Assembly: GCA_023419095.1 (NCBI GenBank)
Contig: JAEZYN010000030.1
Location: forward strand, 3,309-67,308
Reading direction: 5' to 3'
Length of the DNA: 64,000 bases
Origin: Bacteroidota bacterium
GTDB lineage: Bacteria; Bacteroidota; Bacteroidia; Flavobacteriales; Weeksellaceae
The translations under genes and the position numbers were made by a program. Each line of letters starts with the position of its first letter. The first letter of the stretch is position 1. This document shows, piece by piece, positions 17,760 through 27,442 of this stretch. The notes under the pieces were generated by a model that was given only the letters and a program-made list of their open reading frames with translations, did no database searches and had not been told where the DNA came from.

Positions 17760-20351
17760 ATGAACTTAAATCAATACACCGTAAAATCTCAGGAAGCCAT
17801 CCAGAAAGCGCAGCAGATCGCGATGGAATTCGGCCACCAGATGATCGAGCCACAACATTTGCTGGAAGGAATTCTGCAGGTGGACGAAAACATTTCAGAA
17901 TTTCTGATGAAGAAATCTGAGGCTGAACTGAGTCTCGTGCGCGAGCGCAACCGCGAAAACCTCGAAAAACTTCCCAAAGTAGAGGGCGGCAACATTTATC
18001 TTTCCCAGACATCTAACCGGATTTTGCTTGATGCTCCCAACGTGGCCAAGAGAATGGGTGATGAATATGTTACGATCGAACATTTGTGGCTTTCGCTGCT
18101 TGACGTGAACTCCGATGTTTCAAAAATGCTCAAAGATATGGGCGTGACAAAAAAAGGCGTCGAAGTTGCGATAAGCGAACTGCGCAAAGGTTCAAAAGCC
18201 ACTTCTGCGAGTTCTGAAGAAACTTATCAAAGTTTAAATAAATACGCTAAAAACTTCAATGTTTTGGCGGCAGAAGGAAAACTTGATCCGGTTATCGGCA
18301 GGGACGAAGAAATCCGCCGTGTGCTACAGATCCTGTCGAGAAGAACTAAGAATAATCCAATTCTAATTGGCGAACCGGGCGTGGGGAAAACCGCGATCGC
18401 GGAAGGAATTGCGCACCGGATCATCTCTGGCGACGTTCCCGAAAACCTGATGGATAAAACACTTTATTCACTGGATATGGGTGCGCTGATTGCCGGCGCA
18501 AAATATAAAGGAGAATTCGAAGAGCGCCTGAAATCTGTTGTAAATGAAGTCATTAAATCTGAAGGTCAGATTATACTCTTCATCGATGAAATTCACACTT
18601 TGGTCGGTGCTGGTGGCGGAGAAGGCGCGATGGACGCGGCGAATATCCTTAAACCCGCATTGGCGCGCGGCGAACTGCGTGCTGTGGGTGCAACGACATT
18701 AAATGAATATCAGAAATATTTTGAGAAAGACAAAGCGCTCGAAAGACGTTTTCAGAAGGTAATGGTGGAAGAACCGGATACGGAATCGGCGATTTCTATC
18801 CTGCGTGGAGTTAAAGACAAATATGAGGCACACCACAAAGTGCGCATTAAAGATGAAGCCATCATCGCCGCAGTAGAGCTGTCGCAGCGGTATATTACTG
18901 ACCGCTTTTTACCGGACAAAGCAATTGACCTGATTGATGAAGCTTCCGCGAAACTGCGAATGGAAATTAATTCTAAACCTGAGGAACTGGACGTTCTCGA
19001 TCGGCGACTTATGCAACTCGAAATCGAACTCGCAGCCATATCCAGAGAAAACAATGAAATTAAAATCAATCATTTAAAAGAGGATATTGCCAAAGTTTCT
19101 GAGCAGCGAAACGAAATCAATGCGAAATGGCTTAAAGAAAAGCAGAAGTCGGAAGATCTTACCGCAATTAAAAAAGAAATCGAAGCCCTGAAACTTGAGG
19201 CAGAACGCGCGTCCCGCGTCGGTGATTATGCGAAAGTGGCGGAAATTCAGTATGGTAAGATTAAAGAAAAAGAAAGCGATCTCGAAAAACTGGAACTCGA
19301 AATGCAGAACCATCAGAACGAGCTGATTCAGGAAGAAGTTACCGCTGAAAATATCTCGGAAGTCATTTCCAAATGGACCGGAATTCCGGTAACCAAGCTT
19401 CTGCAGAGCGAACGCGAAAAACTTCTTCACCTCGAAGACGAACTTCACAAAAGAGTAGTCGGGCAAAACGAGGCCATCGAATCCATTGCGGATGCCATCA
19501 GGAGAAACCGCGCAGGCCTAAACGACGAAAGAAAACCGATTGGCTCCTTCCTTTTCCTCGGTACTACCGGCGTCGGTAAAACGGAACTCGCAAAAGCTTT
19601 GGCAGAATATCTTTTTAACGACGAAAACAATATGACGCGAATTGATATGAGTGAGTATCAGGAGCGGCATGCGGTTTCACGGCTGGTCGGCGCGCCTCCG
19701 GGTTACGTAGGTTACGATGAAGGCGGTCAGCTGACGGAAGCCGTGCGCCGCAGACCGTATTCCGTGGTGCTTTTAGACGAGATCGAAAAAGCGCATCCCG
19801 ATGTTTTCAATACGCTTCTGCAGGTTTTGGATGACGGTCGGCTGACGGATAACAAAGGTCGCGTGGTCAATTTTAAAAACTCAATTATCATCATGACGTC
19901 GAACCTGGGCTCGCACATAATCCAGGAAAACTTTGAAAATATAACTGATGAAAACGTTTCTGAAGTTGTGGAAAAAACAAAAGCTGAAGTGTTCGCGCTT
20001 TTGAGACAGACATTGAGACCCGAATTTTTAAACAGAATTGACGAAACCGTGCTTTTCCAGCCATTGAACAAAAAAGAAATTGGTAAAATCGTGCAGTATC
20101 AGCTGCGTGGATTCAATAAAATGCTGGAGAAAAAAGGTATTTTCATGACGGCGACCGACGATGCCGTAGAATATATAATGAATAAAGGCTACGACCCGAG
20201 TTTTGGCGCAAGGCCTCTGAAAAGAGTTTTGCAACAGGAAGTTCTCAACAGACTTTCGAAAGAGATTCTGGCCGGCAATGTAAACGACGGCGACCGCATA
20301 ACACTCGATTATTTCGATGAAAGTGGCCTTGTATTCAGACCGACTGAGTGA
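17760..20351 (+). CDS. clpB: ATP-dependent chaperone ClpB
   Basis: 863 aa with a Clp N-domain and two AAA+ modules (GEPGVGKTA, GTTGVGKTE). A long coiled-coil M-domain separates them, which distinguishes ClpB from ClpA/C. Confidence 0.95.
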   Translation: MNLNQYTVKSQEAIQKAQQIAMEFGHQMIEPQHLLEGILQVDENISEFLMKKSEAELSLVRERNRENLEKLPKVEGGNIYLSQTSNRILLDAPNVAKRMGDEYVTIEHLWLSLLDVNSDVSKMLKDMGVTKKGVEVAISELRKGSKATSASSEETYQSLNKYAKNFNVLAAEGKLDPVIGRDEEIRRVLQILSRRTKNNPILIGEPGVGKTAIAEGIAHRIISGDVPENLMDKTLYSLDMGALIAGAKYKGEFEERLKSVVNEVIKSEGQIILFIDEIHTLVGAGGGEGAMDAANILKPALARGELRAVGATTLNEYQKYFEKDKALERRFQKVMVEEPDTESAISILRGVKDKYEAHHKVRIKDEAIIAAVELSQRYITDRFLPDKAIDLIDEASAKLRMEINSKPEELDVLDRRLMQLEIELAAISRENNEIKINHLKEDIAKVSEQRNEINAKWLKEKQKSEDLTAIKKEIEALKLEAERASRVGDYAKVAEIQYGKIKEKESDLEKLELEMQNHQNELIQEEVTAENISEVISKWTGIPVTKLLQSEREKLLHLEDELHKRVVGQNEAIESIADAIRRNRAGLNDERKPIGSFLFLGTTGVGKTELAKALAEYLFNDENNMTRIDMSEYQERHAVSRLVGAPPGYVGYDEGGQLTEAVRRRPYSVVLLDEIEKAHPDVFNTLLQVLDDGRLTDNKGRVVNFKNSIIIMTSNLGSHIIQENFENITDENVSEVVEKTKAEVFALLRQTLRPEFLNRIDETVLFQPLNKKEIGKIVQYQLRGFNKMLEKKGIFMTATDDAVEYIMNKGYDPSFGARPLKRVLQQEVLNRLSKEILAGNVNDGDRITLDYFDESGLVFRPTE

Positions 20352-20531
20352 GAAATTTTAAAAAGAATGCAAAAATAAACATTCTATAAGCCTGATTCTC
20401 AAACCTATTGCATCAAAGTGAGAAAATACATTTTAATTTATTTGCAAATATCAGGATTAATATATTTCTTTGTGCCGTTCTAATGCTTTCATCAGCTGAA
20501 GAATAAATTTTTTTTCATCATTTGTGTTTAT

Positions 20532-20561
20532 CCACCGGCTTCATCACCGGTGGGTTTTTTT
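20532..20561 (+). terminator. rho-independent terminator about 180 nt downstream of the clpB stop
   Basis: CCACCGG-cttcatca-CCGGTGG followed by a T-run (TTTTTTTGTTTTT). Confidence 0.7.
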
Positions 20562-20565
20562 GTTT

Positions 20566-21396
20566 TTAATGGAAGCTTAGTGTGGCCATAACGGGAAAAT
20601 GATCCGACGGATAAAGCAGATTTTCGCGCCGGTCATTGATAATGCGGTGATCAATGCAGCGAAATTTCTGCGTAAAAATATAGTCGATGCGGTCTGTCGG
20701 GATTTTATTGATATCGAATGCTGTAAAAGTTCCTGTTGGCCCGTACGGCGGTTTCGCGCAGTTTTTATACGTGTCCTGCAGGTTTTGGGCTAATATTTTA
20801 ATGGGTTGCGTTTCATCTGTTAAATTAAAATCACCGGTAAGAATTACAGGTAAGGTCTTTGTATTCAATGTTTTAATTTCATTTAAAATCAAACTGGCAG
20901 AATTTTTCCGTGCTACATTTCCGATATGGTCGAAATGCACATTGAACGCCCAAAACTTCTTACCGCCTTTTTTAGTTTGAAATAAAGCGTACGTACAAAC
21001 GCGGTTGTAAGCTGCGTCCCAACCTTTTGAAGGTTTTTCCGGCGTCTCGCTGAGCCAGAAAGTTCCGCTTTGAAGCACTTTCAGTTTTTCGGAATTATAG
21101 ATAATGGCAGAATATTCGCCCTTATTTTTCCCATCGTCTCGTCCCACGCCTACAAAATCGTAGTTTGAAAGTCCAGTTTTGATATCGGTCATCTGCTGAG
21201 GTAAGGCCTCCTGAACACCTAGAACATCCATTTCATAGTAGTTCAGAAGTTTCAGGACGTCATCTTTGCGGTGCTTCCACGCATTTTCTTTGTCAGAATC
21301 CAGCGCGAGCCTGATGTTGAAAGTCATCACCTTCAATTCCTGCGCATTCATATTTAAATAAAATGTTAAAGCCAAAAAAGTAATCAGGTTTTTCAT
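20566..21396 (-). CDS. endonuclease/exonuclease/phosphatase (EEP) family protein, secreted
   Basis: Signal peptide, then VMTFNIR, LGVQEA and C-terminal SDHFPV, which are EEP hallmarks. Confidence 0.8.
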   Translation of the reverse strand: MKNLITFLALTFYLNMNAQELKVMTFNIRLALDSDKENAWKHRKDDVLKLLNYYEMDVLGVQEALPQQMTDIKTGLSNYDFVGVGRDDGKNKGEYSAIIYNSEKLKVLQSGTFWLSETPEKPSKGWDAAYNRVCTYALFQTKKGGKKFWAFNVHFDHIGNVARKNSASLILNEIKTLNTKTLPVILTGDFNLTDETQPIKILAQNLQDTYKNCAKPPYGPTGTFTAFDINKIPTDRIDYIFTQKFRCIDHRIINDRRENLLYPSDHFPVMATLSFH

Positions 21397-21540
21397 TTAA
21401 GTTGATTTTTTTCGAATTTCAAAGTTATGATTTTTAACGTTTTCCACTTCAAAGCGGAGAAGAGTGCAGTAAAGTAATTTCCGATTTGTTTCCGTACTTT
21501 TGCCGCTCGAAAAATATTCGCTTAAACTGCTCAACAAATT

Positions 21541-23466
21541 ATGCTTTCAGTACAAGGCTTAGGCCTCCATCATTCAGGAAACTATCTTTTTCAAAATGTA
21601 AATTTCACTATTAAAAAAGATGATAAAATCGGTCTCGTCGGAAAAAACGGTGCCGGAAAGTCTACGTTGCTAAAGATGCTTACGGGAGAAATAAACTTCT
21701 ACGAAGGCAACATCGTACCCGAAGGTAATATAACGATAGGTTTCCTGAAACAGGATCTGGATTTTGTGAAAGGCCGAACGGTCTGGAATGAAACTTTGCA
21801 GGCCTTTGAGCAGATTAATGCGATGAAAAGTGAGTTGGATGAGGTCAATCATCAGCTTACCACGCGCACCGACTATGAAAGTGACGCCTACGAGAATTTG
21901 ATCCACAGAATGACGGAGCTGAATGATTTGCTGATGCATCACGATGCCTACAATCTGGAAGGCGATGTAGAGAAAGTGCTGCTTGGTTTGGGTTTTAAAG
22001 CGGATGATTTCCACAAAATTACCGATGAATTTTCGGGCGGTTGGCGAATGCGGATCGAGCTTGCGAAACTTCTTCTTCAGAAAAATGATTTAATGCTTCT
22101 GGATGAGCCGACCAACCACCTCGACATGGAATCGATCATTTGGCTTGAAGCTTTTCTGAAAGAATATCCGGGCGCCATCGTGCTTGTGAGCCACGACAAA
22201 CAGTTCATGACGTCGGTTTGCAACCGGACTTTTGACATTAATAACAAGAAAGTTGACGATTATAAAGCCAATTACACAAAATACCTTGAATTAAGTAAAG
22301 AGCGTAAAGAAAAACTGACGCAGGCGAAGAAAAACCAGGATGCGGAGATCAAGCAGATGGAAGACAATATCAATCGTTTCCGCGCCAGCGCTACCAAGGC
22401 ATCCTTTGCGCAGTCTTTGATAAAAAAGCTCGAAAAGATTGACCGTATTGAAATTGATAACGAGGACGTTTCGAAATTCAATATCCGCTTTGTGCAGTCT
22501 GTTGTTCCTGGAAAAGTAATTTTTGAGGCTAAAAATTTAGGTAAATCATACGGCAACAAACAGGTGTTCGATAAAGTAGATTTCTTTGTTGAACGCGGTG
22601 ACCGGATTGCTTTGCTTGGCCAGAACGGGCAGGGGAAAACGACTTTAGCAAAAATTCTGTCCGGTGAAATAAAAGATTACACAGGCGAGTGGAATCTGGG
22701 TCACAATGTGAACATCGGCTATTTTGCGCAGAATCAGGAAGAAGTGCTTACCCCAAATAAAACGGTTCTGGAAGAAGCTGAAGATGCGGCTACCGAAGAA
22801 ACCCGCCCACGCGTGCGCGACTTGTTGGGAAGCTTCCTATTCCAGGGTGAAGATGTGCAGAAAAAAACGAAAGTTCTTTCGGGTGGTGAGCGTAACCGTT
22901 TGGCTTTGTGTAAGTTGCTCCTTCGCCCGTTCAATACGTTGATCATGGATGAGCCGACGAACCACCTTGATATCCAGTCGAAAGAAATTATCAAACTGGC
23001 GCTTCAGAAATTTGAAGGGACGCTGATTGTAATTTCCCACGACAGGGAATTTTTACAGGGCTTGAGCGATAAGATATTCGAATTCCGTGACGGAAGAATG
23101 AAAGAATTCCTCGGGGATGTGAATGAATATCTGGAGTTCCGTCAGAAAGAAAGTATCCGTGAAGTTTCGGCAGAAAAATCAAAACTTCAGGAATTGCGAA
23201 ACGAACCTGTGGTTGAAAAACCGGCGGAAAAAGCGCCGGAGAAAAAAGAGGTTTTCGTAAGCAAAGACCAGAAAAACATTCAGAATAAAATAATGAAAGT
23301 CGAGGAAAAAGTCTCTGAACTCGAACTGAAAATCGAAGGGATGGAAGCCGGATTCGCAAAAGAAAATCCAAGCGAAGAATTAATGCAGCAATATACCGCG
23401 AAGAAAGAAGAGCTTGATTTAGCCTTGCAGGAATGGGAGTTTCTGGGAACGCAGTTGCAAGGGTAA
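21541..23466 (+). CDS. ABC-F family ATPase (two ABC cassettes, no TM domain, C-terminal coiled coil)
   Basis: Two Walker A motifs (GKNGAGKST, GQNGQGKTT), two signatures (FSGGWRMR, LSGGERNR) and a charged linker. Confidence 0.9.
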   Translation: MLSVQGLGLHHSGNYLFQNVNFTIKKDDKIGLVGKNGAGKSTLLKMLTGEINFYEGNIVPEGNITIGFLKQDLDFVKGRTVWNETLQAFEQINAMKSELDEVNHQLTTRTDYESDAYENLIHRMTELNDLLMHHDAYNLEGDVEKVLLGLGFKADDFHKITDEFSGGWRMRIELAKLLLQKNDLMLLDEPTNHLDMESIIWLEAFLKEYPGAIVLVSHDKQFMTSVCNRTFDINNKKVDDYKANYTKYLELSKERKEKLTQAKKNQDAEIKQMEDNINRFRASATKASFAQSLIKKLEKIDRIEIDNEDVSKFNIRFVQSVVPGKVIFEAKNLGKSYGNKQVFDKVDFFVERGDRIALLGQNGQGKTTLAKILSGEIKDYTGEWNLGHNVNIGYFAQNQEEVLTPNKTVLEEAEDAATEETRPRVRDLLGSFLFQGEDVQKKTKVLSGGERNRLALCKLLLRPFNTLIMDEPTNHLDIQSKEIIKLALQKFEGTLIVISHDREFLQGLSDKIFEFRDGRMKEFLGDVNEYLEFRQKESIREVSAEKSKLQELRNEPVVEKPAEKAPEKKEVFVSKDQKNIQNKIMKVEEKVSELELKIEGMEAGFAKENPSEELMQQYTAKKEELDLALQEWEFLGTQLQG

Positions 23467-23496
23467 AATGGCGTATATTTAATCTTTTAAAGAATA

Positions 23497-24321
23497 ATGA
23501 AAATAAGTCGTTTACTGCTGCTGTTACTTTTTGTGGTACTGTCTTGCGAGCGCGAGCAAGCTGTTCAGACTCCTCCGGAGGATCCATTAGTGGCAAAAAT
23601 AGCCGTCCGTGTTTTGTCGCCGGGTGCGGTGCCTTACAACAATGAAGAATTGACTATAGATTTCTCTTATGACCACCAAAATAAATTAATCAGACGCACT
23701 GGCGGATTTCTACCGATTTCTGGTTCTACGGGTTACAATTATGGCCCTTTTACAAAGTTGCTTGGAACTTCCCTTGCGTACACCGGAAATAAAGTGGTGG
23801 TCGAGAATTTTTCAACTTCCACTGAGTTTACAGTACCGAAAAATACCCGCAACATTACCCTTAACCCTCATCAGCAAATAGAAACCCGCGAAATTTCAAA
23901 TGCAAATGTTTATTTATTCAAACGGGAGACTTACATTTACAAAGGTGGCAAGCTAGACGAGATAGAGACTACATTTCCAAATATGCCCTACGATCCTACA
24001 GATCCAAATGATTATATATACTCATTCTCGGAAAAATTTTTTTTTAATTCCGCAGGCAACTTAATAAGAACAGAGTATGTGGAATTGCAAGATGGCGTGC
24101 CTTCACCGCATTATAAGCGTGTAAGACTGTTTGAAAACTTTGATAATTCTTATAATCCATTTAAGCGTTTTACATTGTTGGATGAGTACTTCTACCGCTC
24201 TCTTTCTAAAAATAATTTCAGGACCTACCGTGAGATTCTTACACAGAACGGCTCTTCTACAGCGTCTGTGCAAGAGTGGGAATTTAATTACGATTCGGCA
24301 GGAAATATCATTATAAATTGA
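23497..24321 (+). CDS. hypothetical lipoprotein
   Basis: Lipobox signal MKISRLLLLLLFVVLSCERE. No recognisable domain. Confidence 0.55.
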   Translation: MKISRLLLLLLFVVLSCEREQAVQTPPEDPLVAKIAVRVLSPGAVPYNNEELTIDFSYDHQNKLIRRTGGFLPISGSTGYNYGPFTKLLGTSLAYTGNKVVVENFSTSTEFTVPKNTRNITLNPHQQIETREISNANVYLFKRETYIYKGGKLDEIETTFPNMPYDPTDPNDYIYSFSEKFFFNSAGNLIRTEYVELQDGVPSPHYKRVRLFENFDNSYNPFKRFTLLDEYFYRSLSKNNFRTYREILTQNGSSTASVQEWEFNYDSAGNIIIN

Positions 24322-24353
24322 TCGGCAAGCTGGCGGCGCTTATGTTTTATTAC

Positions 24354-24375
24354 GCACAATATGTCATTATTGTGC
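24354..24375 (+). terminator. possible terminator hairpin after the lipoprotein gene
   Basis: GCACAATA-tgtcat-TATTGTGC followed by a weak T-tract (AGTTTTA). Confidence 0.4.
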
Positions 24376-24455
24376 AGTTTTATAAACTTAAATAATGCCG
24401 TTCCAAGCCCTTAGCTTGCGCGATTTTCCCTATATTTGAAGCTTAATCAAATGCT

Positions 24456-25784
24456 ATGAATCATCAGCCGGTAGAAGGTTTCTCCAAACTGTCGAAGCAG
24501 GGAAAAATTGACTGGATCGTCAACGAATATCTGGAAGGAAACTCAGAATACGAAACCGTCCTGAAGCAATACTGGAACGATAATCCTGATCTTCAGAAAC
24601 TCCACGAAGAATTTTCCGAGAATACCATTTCCAATTTTTATATGCCTTACGGTATTGCTCCCAACTTTCTCATTGACGGTAAACTGCTGGCGTTGCCAAT
24701 GGCCGTGGAAGAAAGTTCAGTGGTGGCTGCGGCCTCAAAAGCTGCGAAATTCTGGATCGATAAAGGAGGCTTCAAGACGACGATTATTAATACTAAAAAA
24801 TTAGGTCACACGCATTTCATTCTGAATGTAGAGCCGCACAAGCTGCAGCATTTTTTTAATTTTAAATTAAAAAAGAAGCTTTTTGAAGCCACTGAAGACA
24901 TCACCAAAAATATGCGCAACCGTGGAGGCGGCATACTAAACATCCGTTTGATCGATAAAACCGCTGACCTGGAAAATTATTTTCAGCTGAAAGCGAGTTT
25001 TGACACCGTAGATTCAATGGGTGCGAATTTCATCAACTCTTGTCTGGAAAAATTCGGCAAAACCCTGCGCGAAGAAGTAGCAAGTGAAGAAGATTTCACG
25101 CAGGAAGAAAAAGATTCACTGCAGATTGTGATGAATATCCTTTCGAATTTTACGCCAGATTGTATCGTGAGAGCTGAGGTGTCGTGCAAAATCGAGGATT
25201 TAAAGGACGACAGCGGAATCTCAAATGAAGAATTCGCAACTAAATTTAAACGCGCTGTGACGATCGCAGAGATCGAGCCGTTCCGCGCTACCACGCACAA
25301 CAAAGGAATCATGAACGGCGTGGATGCCGTGGTAATCGCAACCGGAAACGATTTCCGCGCCACAGAGGCCTGTGCACATGCCTACGCAGCAAAAGACGGA
25401 AAATATTCGAGTTTGACGCACTGTACAATTGATAACGGGATTTTTAGGTTCTGGATTGACCTGCCGATTTCGGTTGGCGTTGTTGGTGGTCTGACAAATC
25501 TTCACCCTCTTGTGAAATTCTCACTGGCACTTTTAGGAAAACCTTCCGCGCAGGAACTCATGAGTATTCTGGCGGTTTCAGGTTTAGCACAGAATTTCGG
25601 TGCGCTGCGTTCTTTGGTGACAACCGGCATCCAGAAAGGTCACATGAAGATGCACCTTTTGAATATCCTGAATCAGATGGAGGCGACGGAAGAGGAGAAA
25701 AACCATTTCGTGACTTACTTCAAAGACAAAACGGTGACGCACCATGAGGTGATTTCGGAGTTTAACAAATTGAGAGAAAAATAA
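24456..25784 (+). CDS. hydroxymethylglutaryl-CoA reductase (class II)
   Basis: 442 aa. EESSVVAAAS, DSMGANFIN, ATGNDFRA and the C-terminal flap with H are typical of class II HMGR. The mevalonate pathway is known in Flavobacteriia. Confidence 0.85.
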   Translation: MNHQPVEGFSKLSKQGKIDWIVNEYLEGNSEYETVLKQYWNDNPDLQKLHEEFSENTISNFYMPYGIAPNFLIDGKLLALPMAVEESSVVAAASKAAKFWIDKGGFKTTIINTKKLGHTHFILNVEPHKLQHFFNFKLKKKLFEATEDITKNMRNRGGGILNIRLIDKTADLENYFQLKASFDTVDSMGANFINSCLEKFGKTLREEVASEEDFTQEEKDSLQIVMNILSNFTPDCIVRAEVSCKIEDLKDDSGISNEEFATKFKRAVTIAEIEPFRATTHNKGIMNGVDAVVIATGNDFRATEACAHAYAAKDGKYSSLTHCTIDNGIFRFWIDLPISVGVVGGLTNLHPLVKFSLALLGKPSAQELMSILAVSGLAQNFGALRSLVTTGIQKGHMKMHLLNILNQMEATEEEKNHFVTYFKDKTVTHHEVISEFNKLREK

Positions 25785-25791
25785 TATAGTC

Positions 25792-26093
25792 ATGAAGATA
25801 TGTGTGGTAGCTGAGGGATCTGAAGAAAATCTTGATTTGCTATTGCAGATAGCAAAAAAGTTTGACATCAAAATATCGAGGCCTCGTCAAAGTTCACCTG
25901 GCGCCAGAACCACAGTTGGGCATCAGGGAAATGCATATTTGCCTTGGAGTTCAGAGGATGATGAACAACTTGAAATCCTATATTATTGTGGGAAAACGTG
26001 AAAGAACTCAGTGAGATTTTTGGGCGTAATGAAGGTGCTATCCGTTCCCGAATTAAAAAGCTTGAATTAGTAGAAAAATACGGTAAAAAATGA
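25792..26093 (+). pseudogene. small Myb/SANT-like HTH protein split by a frameshift in an A-run
   Basis: Frame 1 ends ...WSSEDDEQLEILYYCGKT* at 26001. The sequence continues in another frame from 25998 as VKELSEIFGRNEGAIRSRIKKLELVEKYGKK* (stop 26091-26093). One extra A in the AAAA run at 25993-25996 would fuse the two frames. Confidence 0.55.
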
Positions 26094-26100
26094 ATCAATT

Positions 26101-26271
26101 ATGTTCGGATTAATTTTATCAGTGGCGATTTTAGCTTTTGGGATTTTTCTCAAAATGACCCAAAATCCAGGCTTTGCGCGCTCAAAACGGATGGCGTGGC
26201 TGCTGATTGCAACCGGCATCATCACGCTCATCGGCAGAATATTTATAATGTATCAAAAAGGAGAATTTTAA
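26101..26271 (+). CDS. small two-helix membrane protein (56 aa)
   Basis: ATG at 26101. MFGLILSVAILAFGIFLKMTQNPGFARSKRMAWLLIATGIITLIGRIFIMYQKGEF*. It falls below the ORF-track length cutoff and is tightly packed before the DUF423 gene. Confidence 0.45.
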   Translation: MFGLILSVAILAFGIFLKMTQNPGFARSKRMAWLLIATGIITLIGRIFIMYQKGEF

Positions 26272-26274
26272 AAC

Positions 26275-26661
26275 ATGAAAACATTCACATTGGTTGTAGG
26301 TGCCGTTTACGGACTGCTTTCGGTAATATTAGGCGCTTTTGGTGCGCATGCTTTGAAAAAAGTGTTGTCTGTGGAAAAACTCACCAGTTTTGAGACCGGC
26401 GTGCGCTATCAAATGTATTCAGCGCTGTTTTTATTAATCGTGGGATATATTTTGAAATTCGAGACGCCAGCTGAAAAATGGATTTCGATTTTGATGATTG
26501 CCGGAACCTTTATCTTTTCATTCAGCATTTATCTCTTGGCGTTCAACGGAGTAAATGGTTTAAACTTCAAGTTTCTTGGACCGATCACACCGCTGGGTGG
26601 CCTGATGATGATTATTTCATGGGCGATGCTGATTTTTTATTTCCTGCGGACAAAGATCTGA
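26275..26661 (+). CDS. DUF423 domain-containing membrane protein
   Basis: 128 aa with four TM helices. The N-terminus ...GLLSVILGAFGAHAL is the DUF423 (YgdD-like) hallmark. Confidence 0.8.
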   Translation: MKTFTLVVGAVYGLLSVILGAFGAHALKKVLSVEKLTSFETGVRYQMYSALFLLIVGYILKFETPAEKWISILMIAGTFIFSFSIYLLAFNGVNGLNFKFLGPITPLGGLMMIISWAMLIFYFLRTKI

Positions 26662-26697
26662 TCTTTTTGAAGACAGGATATCAAAAAGGCGGTTACT

Positions 26698-27066
26698 ATG
26701 CATAAAAAACGCGTTCTGATTCTTGAAACTGAGATAGCAGTATCCAGTGTATTGGCGTCAATTTTAAAGGATGAGGGATATCAGTGTATAGTCCGGGAGA
26801 CTTCCCAGGGACTGCCGGAACTATTGTTGCAGTTTCGTCCCGCAGGGATATTGATAGCAAGAAGAATTCCTGAACTTGGCGTGGTTAAAGCAATAGAATT
26901 AATTCGAAGGAGCCCTTTCGGCAGGCATACCGCAATTATTTATTTAACTACTTCGGGTTCAAGCATTGGCGAAGCAAGATCAGCTGGTGCTAATGTCACA
27001 ATTTTCAAACCGATAGATATAAATAAGCTGCTTTTTACTTTGGGAAATTTCACAAATTTAAACTAA
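26698..27066 (+). CDS. stand-alone receiver-like (pseudo-receiver) domain protein
   Basis: 122 aa with a CheY-like layout: VLILETE / GILIARR / IIYLTTSG / IFKP. The acidic pocket is ETE rather than DD, and the phospho-acceptor position reads Ala (LIA). Confidence 0.6.
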   Translation: MHKKRVLILETEIAVSSVLASILKDEGYQCIVRETSQGLPELLLQFRPAGILIARRIPELGVVKAIELIRRSPFGRHTAIIYLTTSGSSIGEARSAGANVTIFKPIDINKLLFTLGNFTNLN

Positions 27067-27071
27067 ACCAC

Positions 27072-27329
27072 ATGTTTTTCATCTTCGGCTACAACAAAAA
27101 ACCGGTGGGCAGGGAGACGCGAAGCATCCGCAAGAATGGCTTGAGTGTAAACGCAGTCGTGACTGTTTACAAAACGTACATTGAACTGTTTTTTATTCCG
27201 CTCATTCCGCTTGGGAAACGCTACAGCATATACATTCCGCATACAGACGAGTATTACGAGCAGAGTTTCCGCTCCACGATTCCGGAAGAATATATGGAGG
27301 TTTGCAAAGATGTCGGCAGACTGTACTGA
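27072..27329 (+). CDS. hypothetical small protein
   Basis: 85-aa ORF with one hydrophobic segment (IELFFIPLIPL). No recognisable motif. Confidence 0.45.
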   Translation: MFFIFGYNKKPVGRETRSIRKNGLSVNAVVTVYKTYIELFFIPLIPLGKRYSIYIPHTDEYYEQSFRSTIPEEYMEVCKDVGRLY

Positions 27330-27408
27330 GCGATTTCTGTAGTTTTTTATAAACGGCTTTGGTTTCAGCGCGAACCTGCGCCCCGGGTTGAACGGCCTGT
27401 CTGAGCTC

Positions 27409-27442
27409 TTTTTCTGCGCCGCGCGCCGCGGCGCAGAAAAAA
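27409..27442. repeat. T-tract/GC-hairpin/A-tract element (REP-like family, diverged copy)
   Basis: TTTTT-CTGCGCCGCG-cgc-CGCGGCGCAG-AAAAAA, a perfect 10-bp GC stem extended by A:T pairs. It lies in the 290-bp gap before sucC. Confidence 0.65.

Noticed and set aside
22991-23596. 201-aa minus-strand ORF antisense to the ABC-F gene 3' end
   Set aside because: It is a shadow ORF opposite a lysine/glutamate-rich coiled-coil region, which gives Phe/Leu/Ser-rich antisense translation. The sense gene is unambiguous. The same reasoning applies to other long antisense ORFs, such as 5239-5739, 8333-8782, 10907-11323, 28229-28759, 42915-43415 and 50163-50636.
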